Shown piece by piece: positions 29,941-40,133 of a DNA stretch of 64,000 nt; position 1 is the stretch's first letter, and each line of letters starts with the position of its first letter. The notes under the pieces are model-generated. The model ran no database searches, was not told the origin of the DNA, and saw only the letters and a list, made by a program, of their open reading frames with translations. The position numbers were made by a program, and so were the translations under genes. This stretch comes from Alphaproteobacteria bacterium (GTDB taxonomy: Bacteria > Pseudomonadota > Alphaproteobacteria > SP197). The stretch spans positions 1,697,329 through 1,761,328 of the forward strand of contig OZ220705.1 in the NCBI GenBank assembly GCA_965116515.1, given 5' to 3'.

Positions 29941-30139
29941 GATCATGATCCTCCCCATTCCAGCGACAGATTCAGGCACCTGAAGTGTGCACCTTGTCGA
30001 TGGTTGCCTCAACCATGTCTGCCAACACGTGATTTCGCGTCTCGCCTGCGCCGGGAATTTGGTGGTCAAACGCAGTCCGCGACCGCACAATCGCGAATGT
30101 CATGTCGGGCGTTTGCGCGTTCATTGAAAAGGTGCGGCC

Positions 30140-31177
30140 ATGAGCGGGATCCGCTACCTCCTGCGGCGGTTGGTTCTGGCCCTCCTCGTGATGCTGGGGG
30201 CGCTGACGGTGACCTTCGCCATTTCCCATGTCATTCCCGGCGATCCCGCACGCCTCTATCTGGGCGCCCGTGCCAGTGAGGAAGCGATTGTCGCCGTGCG
30301 CGCCGACCTTGGTCTCGACGATCCCCTGCCCGTGCAGTTCGTGCGCTTCGTTTCCAACGCCGTCCAGGGAGAATTCGGCTACTCCTATCGCACCAAGCGG
30401 CCGATCATCGAGGATCTGGCCGAGCGCCTGCCTGCCACCATGGAACTCGTGGTGCTTGCCACCATCCTGGCTCTCGCTGTCGGCGTTCCCGCCGGTGTCC
30501 TTGCGGCTGCGCGCTTCGCCAGCGGCTTTGACCGCGTGATGCGGGTGGTGTCCATTCTCGGCGTGTCGATGCCCGCCTTCTGGCTTGCCCTGCTGCTTCA
30601 ACTTTTCTTCTTCCTGTGGCTCGACCTGCTGCCGCTCGGCGGACGTCTGAGCCAGACCACCAGCTTCCTGCATCCGGTAACGACGCTGACGGGCTTCCAT
30701 CTCGTCGATGCCGCACTCACCGGGAACTGGGTGGCGTGGCGGGACGCGGTGGCCCACGCGATCCTGCCGGTGGTGGTGCTGGCGACCTTTCCGGTCAGCC
30801 TCACGCTGCGCATGACCCGGGCGTCGATGCTCGACGTGCTCGCGGAAACCCACATCACCGCCGCCCGTGCGGCGGGATTGCACGAACGCGAGATCCTGTT
30901 CCGCCTGGCGTTGAAGAACGCCATTGTGCCCACGCTGACGGTTCTGGGACTGGTGTTCGCCTTCTCGATCACCGGTGCCGTCCTCATCGAGAGCATCTTC
31001 AAGTGGCCGGGCCTGGGCAGCTACATGCTCGATGCCATTCTCAACGACGACATTCCGGTGCTGTTTGCCGTCACCCTGGTCGTGACCGTGATCTATATTG
31101 TCATCAATCTCCTCGTGGACCTGTTGCAGGCGGGGCTTGATCCGCGAATTCGGCTCGGTGAGAGCAGTGTCGGCTGA
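30140..31177 (+). CDS. Dpp/Opp-type ABC permease (DppB-like)
   Basis: IPGDPA, LGLDDPL, RLPATMEL, EAA-like loop ARAAGLHER and C-terminal LDPRIR. Confidence 0.9.
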   Translation: MSGIRYLLRRLVLALLVMLGALTVTFAISHVIPGDPARLYLGARASEEAIVAVRADLGLDDPLPVQFVRFVSNAVQGEFGYSYRTKRPIIEDLAERLPATMELVVLATILALAVGVPAGVLAAARFASGFDRVMRVVSILGVSMPAFWLALLLQLFFFLWLDLLPLGGRLSQTTSFLHPVTTLTGFHLVDAALTGNWVAWRDAVAHAILPVVVLATFPVSLTLRMTRASMLDVLAETHITAARAAGLHEREILFRLALKNAIVPTLTVLGLVFAFSITGAVLIESIFKWPGLGSYMLDAILNDDIPVLFAVTLVVTVIYIVINLLVDLLQAGLDPRIRLGESSVG

Positions 31178-32087
31178 AAGGCCGGCTTCCGGGGCCGCAA
31201 GGACATTGCTGGCGGCACTCGTCAACCCGCCGGCGGGATCAGCGCGCCGGCATGTCCTCGGCGACCGCCTGGCTGCGGGCGCCCTGGTGGCCCTTGCGGT
31301 CATTGTCATGCTGGCCGTTGCGGCACCCCTCGTCACACCCCATGCCGACCAGGGACGCGGGGCGACGAGCATCGAGGACAAACTCCTGGCGCCTTCACTC
31401 GCTCACCCATTCGGCACCGACGCCCTGGGCCGCGACGTGCTGGCCCGTGTCCTCTTCGGGGCGCGTACGGCACTCGCCTCGGGTCTTGCCATCGTCCTTA
31501 TCGGGGTGGTGGCGGGGACGCTGCTCGGGGCCACGGCAGGCTATGTCGGGGGCTGGCTCGACGAGGCGATCATGCGCGTCACCGACGTGTTTCTCGCCTT
31601 TCCGCCCCTGCTGCTGGCCATGACCGTCGCCGTGGTTCTGCAGCCCAGTCTGGAGAATGCGATCCTGGCCATCGCGATCACCTGGTGGCCGTGGTACGCG
31701 CGTATCGCGCGCGGGCAGGCGATTTCGCTGCGCGAACGGCACTATGTCAGGGCGGCGCGTGGCATCGGTGTCAGTCACCCGATGGTAGTGCTTCGCCATG
31801 TCCTGCCCAATGTCATGACTCCGGTATGGGTTCAGGCGACGCTGGATCTCGGCGCTGCCATCCTGACCGTGAGCGCGCTGGGCTTCGTCGGACTGGGTGT
31901 GCCGCAGCCGACAGCTGACTGGGGGGCGATGATCTCGGAGGGGCGGATCTACGTGCAGACCGGCCACTGGTGGGTGCCGACCTTTCCCGGCCTGGCGCTC
32001 TTCGTGACCATCATGGCGTTCAATCTCGCCGGTGATGCAGTGCACATGGCGACCAGCCCGCGCGGCCGTGCCATGCAGGACGCATGA
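31158..32087 (+). CDS. Dpp/Opp-type ABC permease (DppC-like)
   Basis: HPFGTDALGRD, RHVLPNV and PTADWGAMI motifs. Start approximate. Confidence 0.88.
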   Translation: MRAVSAERPASGAARTLLAALVNPPAGSARRHVLGDRLAAGALVALAVIVMLAVAAPLVTPHADQGRGATSIEDKLLAPSLAHPFGTDALGRDVLARVLFGARTALASGLAIVLIGVVAGTLLGATAGYVGGWLDEAIMRVTDVFLAFPPLLLAMTVAVVLQPSLENAILAIAITWWPWYARIARGQAISLRERHYVRAARGIGVSHPMVVLRHVLPNVMTPVWVQATLDLGAAILTVSALGFVGLGVPQPTADWGAMISEGRIYVQTGHWWVPTFPGLALFVTIMAFNLAGDAVHMATSPRGRAMQDA

Positions 32088-33055
32088 ACACACCGCTCCT
32101 CGCCGTCAGCGGCCTCAGGGTCGGCTTTCCCGCGCCCGGGGGGCGCCGCCTGGTGTTGCGCGGAATCGATTTCGAGGTCGAGGAGGGCACGGCCTATGGC
32201 ATCGTCGGCGAGTCGGGATGCGGCAAGTCGATGACGGCCCACGCCATTCTTGGCCTGGTGCCACCGCCAGGGTCGATAGCCGGCGGCACAATCGCCTACC
32301 GCGGTCAGGACCTGGTATCCGGAGACCCCAGTGCCTGGGCCGGACTGCGTGGCCGGCACATCGCCATGGTCCATCAGGATCCAGGCGCCGCTCTCAACCC
32401 CCTGTTCACGATCGGCAGCCAGATCAAGGCGATCATGCGACGCCACGGAAGGGCCCGGTCCAGGGAGGCACGGCAGCGTGCGGTGTCCCTGCTTGGCGAG
32501 CTCGAACTGGCCGATCCCGCCGCCCTGCTCGATCGCTATCCCCACGAACTCTCCGGCGGCATGCAGCAGCGGGTCCTTCTCGCCATGGCACTTGCCGGCG
32601 ATCCTGACCTGGTGATCGCCGACGAGGCGACGACGGCGCTGGATGTCACCATCCAGGCCCAGGTTCTCGCCCTGCTCGACCGGTTGCGCAAGAAGCGCGG
32701 CCTGACACTGGTCATCATCACACATGATCTCGGTGTGGTGGCCCAGACCTGCGACCGGGTGGCGGTGCTGTATCTCGGACGGATAGTCGAGGAAGGCGAC
32801 CCCGAGGATATCTTCCTCGCGCCGCATCACCCCTACACGAGGGGACTCCTGAAGGCACGGCCGGGCGAACAGACGCAACGCACGCCGCTTGCCGTCATTC
32901 CGGGCTCGGTGCCCGCTGATGCCGCGAACATAACGGGATGCGCCTTCCGCGAGCGATGCGCCTTCGCCATGGACTCGTGTCGTCTCGAGGACCCTGCGGA
33001 GCGGCGGCTCTCGGATCGTCATCGCAGTGCCTGCCATCTCGAGGGCGGGCGATGA
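32084..33055 (+). CDS. Dpp/Opp-type ABC ATPase (DppD-like)
   Basis: [24 protein letters not shown] and C-terminal Cys cluster. Confidence 0.92.
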   Translation: MNTPLLAVSGLRVGFPAPGGRRLVLRGIDFEVEEGTAYGIVGESGCGKSMTAHAILGLVPPPGSIAGGTIAYRGQDLVSGDPSAWAGLRGRHIAMVHQDPGAALNPLFTIGSQIKAIMRRHGRARSREARQRAVSLLGELELADPAALLDRYPHELSGGMQQRVLLAMALAGDPDLVIADEATTALDVTIQAQVLALLDRLRKKRGLTLVIITHDLGVVAQTCDRVAVLYLGRIVEEGDPEDIFLAPHHPYTRGLLKARPGEQTQRTPLAVIPGSVPADAANITGCAFRERCAFAMDSCRLEDPAERRLSDRHRSACHLEGGR

Positions 33056-34032
33056 CGATGGAACACGACATCCTGCTCGACGTCATGAACCTCGCGGTCG
33101 ACTATCCAACAGGAACAGGCATCTTCGGCAGTCGACGCGGACATGTGCGGGTTCTCGAGGACATCAGCCTGCGGCTTCGGCGTGGCGAAACCCTGGGCGT
33201 CGTCGGCGAATCGGGGTGCGGCAAGTCAACCCTTGCCATGGCGCTGGCGGGGTTCGTGATCGCCAGCCACGGTGACATCCTGTTTGACGGACGTGACGTG
33301 CTCCGGCTTGACGCCGCCGGTGTCAGGGCATGGCGCCGGGACATGCAGCTCGTGTTCCAGAATCCCCTAGCCTCTCTCAATCCGCGCATGACCGTTCACA
33401 CCATCGTCAGTGAACCTCTCGTGACACACACCAGGCTCGGCCGCGGCGAGCGCCGCAGACGGGTCGAGGCCTTGCTTGGCGAAACCGGTCTCGATCCGTC
33501 ATTCCTCGCCCGCTATCCCCATGAACTCAGCGGTGGCCAGGCCCAGCGGGTCGTGCTGGCACGCGCCCTTGCCCTCAACCCGCGGCTGCTGGTGCTTGAT
33601 GAACCGACATCCGCCCTCGACGTCTCCGTTCAGGCGCAGATTCTCAATCTCCTCATGCGCCTGCAGGCGCAGCACAACCTGACCTACATGCTGATTTCCC
33701 ACAGTCTCGGCGTTGTCGAGCATGTCAGCGACCGCATCGCCGTTCTCTATCTTGGCGAAATCGTCGAGGAAGGGCCGCGAGACGAGATCTTCAGGCAGCC
33801 ACGCCATCCCTACACCCAGGCGCTGATGGCGGCGACACCTGTTGTCGATCCCTCGAAGCGGCAGGTTCATCGGCCGCTGTCGGGGATGATCCCCGGTCCC
33901 GCGTCGCGGCCCCGCGGTTGCCGGTTCCACACCCGGTGTCCCCGTGCCTGGTCCTTGTGTCATGACACGAGGCCCCGCCCGCAGCGTGTCGGCGACGGTC
34001 ATGTGGCAGCGTGCCACCTTCTGACGCCATGA
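33052..34032 (+). CDS. Dpp/Opp-type ABC ATPase (DppF-like)
   Basis: [25 protein letters not shown] and GCRFHTRCP motifs. Confidence 0.92.
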   Translation: MTMEHDILLDVMNLAVDYPTGTGIFGSRRGHVRVLEDISLRLRRGETLGVVGESGCGKSTLAMALAGFVIASHGDILFDGRDVLRLDAAGVRAWRRDMQLVFQNPLASLNPRMTVHTIVSEPLVTHTRLGRGERRRRVEALLGETGLDPSFLARYPHELSGGQAQRVVLARALALNPRLLVLDEPTSALDVSVQAQILNLLMRLQAQHNLTYMLISHSLGVVEHVSDRIAVLYLGEIVEEGPRDEIFRQPRHPYTQALMAATPVVDPSKRQVHRPLSGMIPGPASRPRGCRFHTRCPRAWSLCHDTRPRPQRVGDGHVAACHLLTP

Positions 34033-34104
34033 AACCGCCTCAGGCTGTCGCATTGCGGGTGGTCTTGCGGCTAGACTCGATCATGCCGGAGTGAGGAGAG
34101 ACAC

Positions 34105-35715
34105 ATGAGCGGACGCGACGGCCAACGCAAGGCGCCCTATGCCTGGTCGATGCCGGACTGGCCGTCCCCGGGACAGTCCACAGATGACGATGCCCTCGAA
34201 GTATGGGGCTACACGGATCGCATGTCCTACGAGGCGGGTGACGTGATCAGACTCCACGTCAGTGCGACACGTGCATTCTGGTCGCTGACGATCTACCGCG
34301 ATGGGGCATCGCCGCAGCGTGTCCTGCAGCGCCAGGACCTGCCCGGCCTGCGCCACGCCGTTCCCGACGACGCCTATGCCTCGGGCTGCGATTGGCCCGT
34401 GGCTCTCACCATCCCTGTCGATGAGGACTGGCCGACGGGTCTCTACATTGTTGTCCTCGGCATCGGCGACGGTTCGGACCACTTCGAGTCCGATGCCTTC
34501 TTTGTCGTGCGCAGCCCGGCCCGGAAACGGCGGAAGATCGGCTTCATGCTGACGACGAGCACCCTGATTGCCTACAATGACTGGGGAGGCGCCAATCACT
34601 ATCGCGGCCTTGGGAACGACCCGCGTGACGACATCGCTTCGCCGGTGTTGTCGACACAGCGTCCCGTGGGCCGCGGCTTTCTGCGCAAGCCGGCTGAAGC
34701 GCCGCGCGAATCCCATGCCTTCTCGCCGCCGATCGGCTGGCAGCCCCGCTATCCCTCCTACGAATGGGCACGTCTCTACGACATGAGCAGGCATCATGCC
34801 GATGCCTTCTGGGCGACCTACGAGAGACTGTTTGCCGTGTGGGCCGAGAACCGGGGCTATGAACTCGATTATCTGACACAGCACGACCTTCACTTCGACG
34901 AGAGCAGCCTCGAGGGCTTTGATGCGCTGGTGATCATCGGACACGACGAGTACTGGACCTGGGAGATGCGCGACCGGGTCGACGACTTCGTTGATCGCGG
35001 TGGCGGCCTTGCCCGTTTCGCCGGGAACTTCTACTGGCAGGTGCGGCTGTCCGATGACGGGACCACGCAGTACTGCTACCGGGTTCCCGATGCCGATCCC
35101 GCCACGTCCACCACGCCGCACCTGGCGACCACCGCATGGGATTGCACCCTGATCGGACGTCCGGCGGCGACGACGATGGGACTGACGGGCATGTCTGGAA
35201 CCTACAACCGATACGGAGTGGCGGCGCCCCGCTCTTCGGGAGGCTATACCGTTTACCGGCCGCGGCACTGGGCCTTCGCCGGGACCGATCTCTACTACGG
35301 CGATCTCCTGGGCGGTACGCCTGTCAATCTCGCGACTTTCGAACTCGACGCGGTGGAGTACACCTTCCGCCGCGGGCTTCCGTTCCCGACTTTCGAGGAT
35401 GGCGCCCCGGAATCCCTGGAAATCCTCGCCCTGGCGCCCGCGGTACGCGGCGAGGAGGACCGTTTCGGCGGCACTGTCCCGCTCAATGGTCCGTTGCACG
35501 AGGCCGAGCAGATCATGGAGGCGCTGGGCGACCTGCTGCCGGCTCACTGCCGCGAGAACGAGGGACGCGGCGCCGGCATGATCGCCACCTTCACCCGCGG
35601 CAGGGGAGAGGTGTTCAACGGCGGCTCGACGGAATGGCCGCGGGCGCTGGAACTGCGCGATCCCTTTGTCGAGCGCATCGTCGCCAACGTTCTCGGCCGG
35701 TTCACCGCGTCGTGA
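34105..35715 (+). CDS. N,N-dimethylformamidase large (beta) subunit family protein
   Basis: VWGYTDRMSY, DWPTGLY, TLIAYNDWGGANHY, IIGHDEYWTWEMRD, FAGNFYWQV and GEVFNGGSTEW motifs. Confidence 0.8.
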   Translation: MSGRDGQRKAPYAWSMPDWPSPGQSTDDDALEVWGYTDRMSYEAGDVIRLHVSATRAFWSLTIYRDGASPQRVLQRQDLPGLRHAVPDDAYASGCDWPVALTIPVDEDWPTGLYIVVLGIGDGSDHFESDAFFVVRSPARKRRKIGFMLTTSTLIAYNDWGGANHYRGLGNDPRDDIASPVLSTQRPVGRGFLRKPAEAPRESHAFSPPIGWQPRYPSYEWARLYDMSRHHADAFWATYERLFAVWAENRGYELDYLTQHDLHFDESSLEGFDALVIIGHDEYWTWEMRDRVDDFVDRGGGLARFAGNFYWQVRLSDDGTTQYCYRVPDADPATSTTPHLATTAWDCTLIGRPAATTMGLTGMSGTYNRYGVAAPRSSGGYTVYRPRHWAFAGTDLYYGDLLGGTPVNLATFELDAVEYTFRRGLPFPTFEDGAPESLEILALAPAVRGEEDRFGGTVPLNGPLHEAEQIMEALGDLLPAHCRENEGRGAGMIATFTRGRGEVFNGGSTEWPRALELRDPFVERIVANVLGRFTAS

Positions 35716-36015
35716 CTCCGCCGCCCGGACAGTCCCGGGATAGCAGCCTCATCGCCAACTCGCGCCAGTGGCCGGCAGTCGTCACGTGGAAGGGGTGGAT
35801 TGAAGTCCTTGTCCGGGGCTTCAGGAACATTGGCCGTCCAAGGTCGGGACGTGTTTCCCCGGCACGTTGGCCTTCCGGCAGGGGCGTCGGCATCCGGATC
35901 CAGCAACCCGACAGCGGGCAAGGGGCGCGGATGCTCTCACTCGATCGGCGTGTTCCAAGCGACATTGGCATGGAGGCCAGAGTCAGTTTGCCCAGGCGCA
36001 TTCCGGAACAAGAAT

Positions 36016-36032
36016 CAGACAGATGTTGTCTG
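36016..36032. promoter_or_regulatory. Inverted repeat CAGACA-N5-TGTCTG, candidate operator
   Basis: Lies about 110 nt upstream of the LIV-type SBP start. Confidence 0.3.
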
Positions 36033-36141
36033 CACGAAGGCGATAGTGGATGATGGCGGGATAACAGAGGAGATACGCGGGGGAGACACCGCGTCACATG
36101 TCGGATCTCCCCGAACCAGAAAACGGCAAGGAGGACAGATC

Positions 36142-37425
36142 ATGACTTTTGGCTCCATTGACAGACGCAGGTTCATTGGCACGTCGGCACTCGCTGGCGC
36201 CGCTGCGGCCACCACGGTGCATCCGGGTAGACTGCGCGCCGAGGAGACGGTCCGCATCGGATTTCTCGCACCACTGACAGGCGGCGTCGCAGCCTGGGGG
36301 CTGCCCGGACTCTATGGATGCGAAATCTGGGCAGAACAGAAGAACGCCGCCGGAGGCGTCGAGATCGGCGGGACGTCCTACAACGTCGAAATCGTCTCGT
36401 ACGACAACGAGTACCTTCCGGACAAGGCGCGCACCGGCGCCCAGAAGCTGATCAGCGAAGACGGCGTATCGTTCATCGAGATGCTCGGCGGCGACACCAT
36501 GCCTGCCGTGACCCCGATCGCCAATCGCGCCGAGATGCTCGTCTCGACGCTTCTTCCCTCGGACCTCTCGCCGGACACGCCCTTCCTGGTCGCGCCCGCG
36601 GAAGTCCATCCGATCTACAATCTCACGGGCGTCTGGTGGATGGCAGAGAACATGCCCGAAGCGAAGACGGCAGTGATCTGCGCCCAGGATGACGCGCTTG
36701 GCAGGCCCTCCGTGGCAACCTACCTCGCGGCATTCGAAGCGCACGGCATCGAGGTCAAGGACACGATCTTCTTCGACATCTCGACAACGGACTTCGCGCC
36801 CGTCATGACCGCGATGCTGGCTCACAAACCAGATATCCTGTGCCTCGACACGGCCTATGCGGAGTTTGTCAACGAGCTGTGCAAGCAGGCGTTCGTGCAG
36901 AACTACGGTGGCCAGATCATCTCCTGCACAGCGGATTTCTACGCTGACATCATCGCCAACACGTCCGAGGAGTTCATGGAGGGGGTGATCTTCCAGTTCC
37001 CCGACTTCGACGATCCGGCGCTCAACAGCGAGGACATCAACTTCAACGATCCCAACGGTTTCTTCGAGGTCTACAACGAGCGTCATCCCGGGCAGTGGGG
37101 TGCGGTATCCTGGGAGTACGCATCAATCCTCGATCTGTGGCTTGATGGCGCCCAGAAAGCGGGTTCCATCGAACCGGCAGCGGTGCTTGGTGGCATGAAG
37201 CAGGGCGGCAAGGGCGCCCACGCCTTCGGCGAGGCCAACTGGTGGGGCGAGGAGCTGTTCGGAATCGACAATGCGCTTGTCGGCAACTGGCCCGTGGTGC
37301 AGATCCAGAACGGGAAGGCCGTGATCGTCGAGTTCAAGAGCATCCCCGAGTGGTGGGGCGAACACAGTGCGACCATGATCAAGCACTTCGAAGCGATGGG
37401 CGAAATGTGGTACCAGCGCGCCTGA
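36142..37425 (+). CDS. LIV/HAAT-type ABC substrate-binding protein with Tat signal
   Basis: DRRRFIG Tat motif; RIGFLAPLTG and TDFAPV motifs; AGGAGG RBS. Confidence 0.88.
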   Translation: MTFGSIDRRRFIGTSALAGAAAATTVHPGRLRAEETVRIGFLAPLTGGVAAWGLPGLYGCEIWAEQKNAAGGVEIGGTSYNVEIVSYDNEYLPDKARTGAQKLISEDGVSFIEMLGGDTMPAVTPIANRAEMLVSTLLPSDLSPDTPFLVAPAEVHPIYNLTGVWWMAENMPEAKTAVICAQDDALGRPSVATYLAAFEAHGIEVKDTIFFDISTTDFAPVMTAMLAHKPDILCLDTAYAEFVNELCKQAFVQNYGGQIISCTADFYADIIANTSEEFMEGVIFQFPDFDDPALNSEDINFNDPNGFFEVYNERHPGQWGAVSWEYASILDLWLDGAQKAGSIEPAAVLGGMKQGGKGAHAFGEANWWGEELFGIDNALVGNWPVVQIQNGKAVIVEFKSIPEWWGEHSATMIKHFEAMGEMWYQRA

Positions 37426-37464
37426 TCACCTTCCCCGCCGGCCCGCGTGGCACGGCGGCACGCA

Positions 37465-37497
37465 ATACCGGGACCGGCCTTGTGCCGGGCCCGGTAT
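37465..37497 (+). terminator. Intercistronic stem-loop after the SBP gene
   Basis: ATACCGGGACCGGC-cttgt-GCCGGGCCCGGTAT. Such hairpins often stabilise SBP mRNA. Confidence 0.5.
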
Positions 37498-37523
37498 CGT
37501 CTTTCCGGACGTTTCGTTAGCCC

Positions 37524-38402
37524 ATGGACATCGCTGTCTTCCTGCAGACCTGCCTGAACGCGACCTATGCGTCGAGTTATCTGGCACTCGTTGCGGTCGG
37601 CCTCGTCCTCATCTTCGGCGTCATGCGGGTCGTGAACTTTGCCCACGGCGAACTCTACATGGCCGGCGCCTACTGCCTGTTCTGGGTGTTCTACCAGAAC
37701 GAACTGCCTTTCTTTGCGGGCGTTGCGGTCGCGGTTCTCGTTGTGGCCGCGGTCGGACTCTTCCTGGAGAGAACGATGTTCCGGCCCATGAAGGACAACC
37801 CGCTTGGAGGTCTCATCTGCTCGATCGGCGCCCTGCTGGTCCTGCAGGCCGGCGCCGTCTCTCTCTTCGGCGTCCGCAAGAAGTCATTTGCCGGTCCCTA
37901 CAATGAAGCCGTGACACTGTTCGGAGTCGACGCCCTGACCATTTCCGGCCAGCGTCTTGTCGTCATCGCCTTTGCCATCATCCTCCTTGGAGCCTTGTGG
38001 GCCTTCCTCCGGAAGAGCCGGTTCGGCTGGGCATTGCGTGCCGTCGCGCAGGATCCCGAGGCCGCGGCGCTGCAGGGAATCTCGATCAGCCGCATTTCGA
38101 TGCTCGCGATGGTTCTCGGCGCCGCGCTGGCGGGAGCCGCCGGGGCGCTGACTGCCACCATCGTGCCGACGGGCCCCTACATGGGACATCCGGTCATCAT
38201 TGGAGCCTTCATCGTCATCATCGTCGGAGGTCTGGGCAGCCTTGAGGGTGCGATCATTGCATCCGTGCTCTATGCCTTTACCCATACTTTCGTCACCACG
38301 CTCTTTGATGGCACGATTGCCGACATCACGGGCCTCGTGCTGATGCTCATCGTGCTCGTCGTGCGTCCGCACGGCCTTCTCGGCAAGCCGGAGCGCGCCT
38401 GA
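37524..38402 (+). CDS. LIV-type ABC permease (LivH-like)
   Basis: GLVLIFGVMRVVNFAHGE, RAVAQDPEAAALQGI and GGLGSLEG motifs. Confidence 0.9.
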   Translation: MDIAVFLQTCLNATYASSYLALVAVGLVLIFGVMRVVNFAHGELYMAGAYCLFWVFYQNELPFFAGVAVAVLVVAAVGLFLERTMFRPMKDNPLGGLICSIGALLVLQAGAVSLFGVRKKSFAGPYNEAVTLFGVDALTISGQRLVVIAFAIILLGALWAFLRKSRFGWALRAVAQDPEAAALQGISISRISMLAMVLGAALAGAAGALTATIVPTGPYMGHPVIIGAFIVIIVGGLGSLEGAIIASVLYAFTHTFVTTLFDGTIADITGLVLMLIVLVVRPHGLLGKPERA

Positions 38403-39469
38403 TGATGGGTGTTGTCACTTACGCGATCTGGCTTGCGCTCATTGCGCTGTCGCTGGCGGCGGCGGCCCTCAGTCTTGATCCACAACTCGGTGGCCCGCAC
38501 CGCCGCCGGTGGTGGCAGGGGCTCGCTCTCGCGTCGGCCGCCGTGCTTGCACTCTCACCCCACGTCGTGACCTTTTCGCAGCAGGAACTCCTCGTGTTCC
38601 TCACCATCAACACCTTGGTCGTGGTGAGCTACCGGCTGCTTGCGCTGACCGGCGAGTTCTCGCTCGGCCATGTTGTCATGATGGGGTTCGGGGCCTACGC
38701 ATCGGCCCTGCTCAGCAAGCAGCTCGCCATTCCCGTTCCGCTTTCGATCATCCTCGCCGCCGGTCTCACAGGCCTCGTCGCCTTCGTCCTGGCCTTTCCG
38801 CTGTTCCGCATGAAGGGGTTCTATTTCCTGATCGGGTCCTTTGCCGCGGGCGAGACCATCAGGTTGCTCTGGAAGGCCTTCATCGGTCCCAAGGGCATCT
38901 CCCGCATCCCCGGTGTTCCCGACATCGAGATCGGCGCCTGGGAGATCAATTTCTGGGAACCGGTCGCCTCGTACTACCTGATACTCGTGATCGCAGCCGT
39001 TTCCATCTGGATACTCTGGCGTATCGAGCATTCGCACGTCGGCCTGACCTTTCATGCCGTTCACTGGCGTGATCAGCTCGCCGGCGCGGTTGGTGTCAAC
39101 ACTTGGCGGACGAGGACCCAGGCCCTGGTCCTGGCGTCGTTCTTCGCCGGTCTCGCCGGCGCGCTGCTGGCGCACTATATCACCACCGTCAATCCCAACC
39201 GCTTTGCGGTCCACGAGATGGTGTTCGTGCTGATCTGGGTGATTGTCGGAGGCACGGCGACGATCTGGGGGCCCATCATCGGGCTCGTCACGCTGACCGC
39301 CATCAACGAGGTGCTGCTGCGGGATATCGGATACGACGAACTGCGCCCCCTTTTCTATGGCGTGCTCCTCGTTCTCGCCATGCTGTTTCTGCCGAACGGT
39401 CTCGAGACTCTGCCAGCACGCCTCGTCCGGCATTTCAGACGCGTGAGGCTCCTCGCATCACAGCGTTGA
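38402..39469 (+). CDS. LIV-type ABC permease (LivM-like)
   Basis: TGEFSLGH..MGFGAY, RMKGFYF, VIVGG..TIWGP and FLPNG motifs. Confidence 0.88.
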   Translation: MMGVVTYAIWLALIALSLAAAALSLDPQLGGPHRRRWWQGLALASAAVLALSPHVVTFSQQELLVFLTINTLVVVSYRLLALTGEFSLGHVVMMGFGAYASALLSKQLAIPVPLSIILAAGLTGLVAFVLAFPLFRMKGFYFLIGSFAAGETIRLLWKAFIGPKGISRIPGVPDIEIGAWEINFWEPVASYYLILVIAAVSIWILWRIEHSHVGLTFHAVHWRDQLAGAVGVNTWRTRTQALVLASFFAGLAGALLAHYITTVNPNRFAVHEMVFVLIWVIVGGTATIWGPIIGLVTLTAINEVLLRDIGYDELRPLFYGVLLVLAMLFLPNGLETLPARLVRHFRRVRLLASQR

Positions 39470-40133
39470 GGCGCCGCGCGGGGTCGAGCGTCGGCGGCAC
39501 GAGCAGCGCTGCGGCGTAAAGGCGCGCTTCGTCGTCCCTGACCACCGGCGGGTGTTCGGCAAAGCGGTCGATCTCGCGGCCCCGCACGAGTTCTCCAAGC
39601 CAGTGCGCCATGGCCGCGGCCGCCGACTCGCGATGTCCGAAGGCATCGCGCCGGCAGGCCAGGGCCGCCTCCATCGCCTGCCGGTCTCCTTGACGGGCGG
39701 CACGTTCGGCCTCGACAAGGGCCATGCCCGCGCGCAGCATCTTGCGGCATCGCTGGCGTGCGATGTCGGGATAGACACCGCGATGTTTCAATTCGAGCCG
39801 CATGTGGAAGAGCGAGCTGCGGGCACGGACGCCCAGCGCCATCCTCTCGACCCAGGGACCGGCGGCCTGCCATGCCTCGAGTGCGGCTTCAAGCCCCGCT
39901 TCGACACCCTCCGGCCCCGGAGACATCAGGGCAAGAGCGTGCGACGTTGCCGCCCGCCTCGGGTCGTCCGGCTCGAAGCCCGAGGCCAGCACGTCGGCCT
40001 GACTGCAGCACGCTGCCGCATGGGCCGGATCATCATCGAGCCATGCGGCGCGGGCTCCCGCCATCCAGTCCACCCACAGTTCGTCTCCCAAGCGCCAGCC
40101 CGAGCGGTCTTCCCTAGCCTCCGAGGTAGGCAC
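39435..40133 (-). CDS. Hypothetical Ala-rich helical protein co-transcribed with livG/livF
   Basis: Open frame fills the gap after livF. Probable GTG start at 40133 overlaps the livF end. Contains FEPDDPRRAATS and RARSSLFHMRLE. Confidence 0.6.
   Translation of the reverse strand: MPTSEAREDRSGWRLGDELWVDWMAGARAAWLDDDPAHAAACCSQADVLASGFEPDDPRRAATSHALALMSPGPEGVEAGLEAALEAWQAAGPWVERMALGVRARSSLFHMRLELKHRGVYPDIARQRCRKMLRAGMALVEAERAARQGDRQAMEAALACRRDAFGHRESAAAAMAHWLGELVRGREIDRFAEHPPVVRDDEARLYAAALLVPPTLDPARRLNAVMRGASRV

Noticed and set aside
28036-30279. Long antisense ORFs (747 aa here; also 5231-6901, 17405-19036, 42680-44590 and 56642-58516)
   Set aside because: These are shadow frames opposite well-supported genes, expected in high-GC DNA, and show no recognisable motifs.
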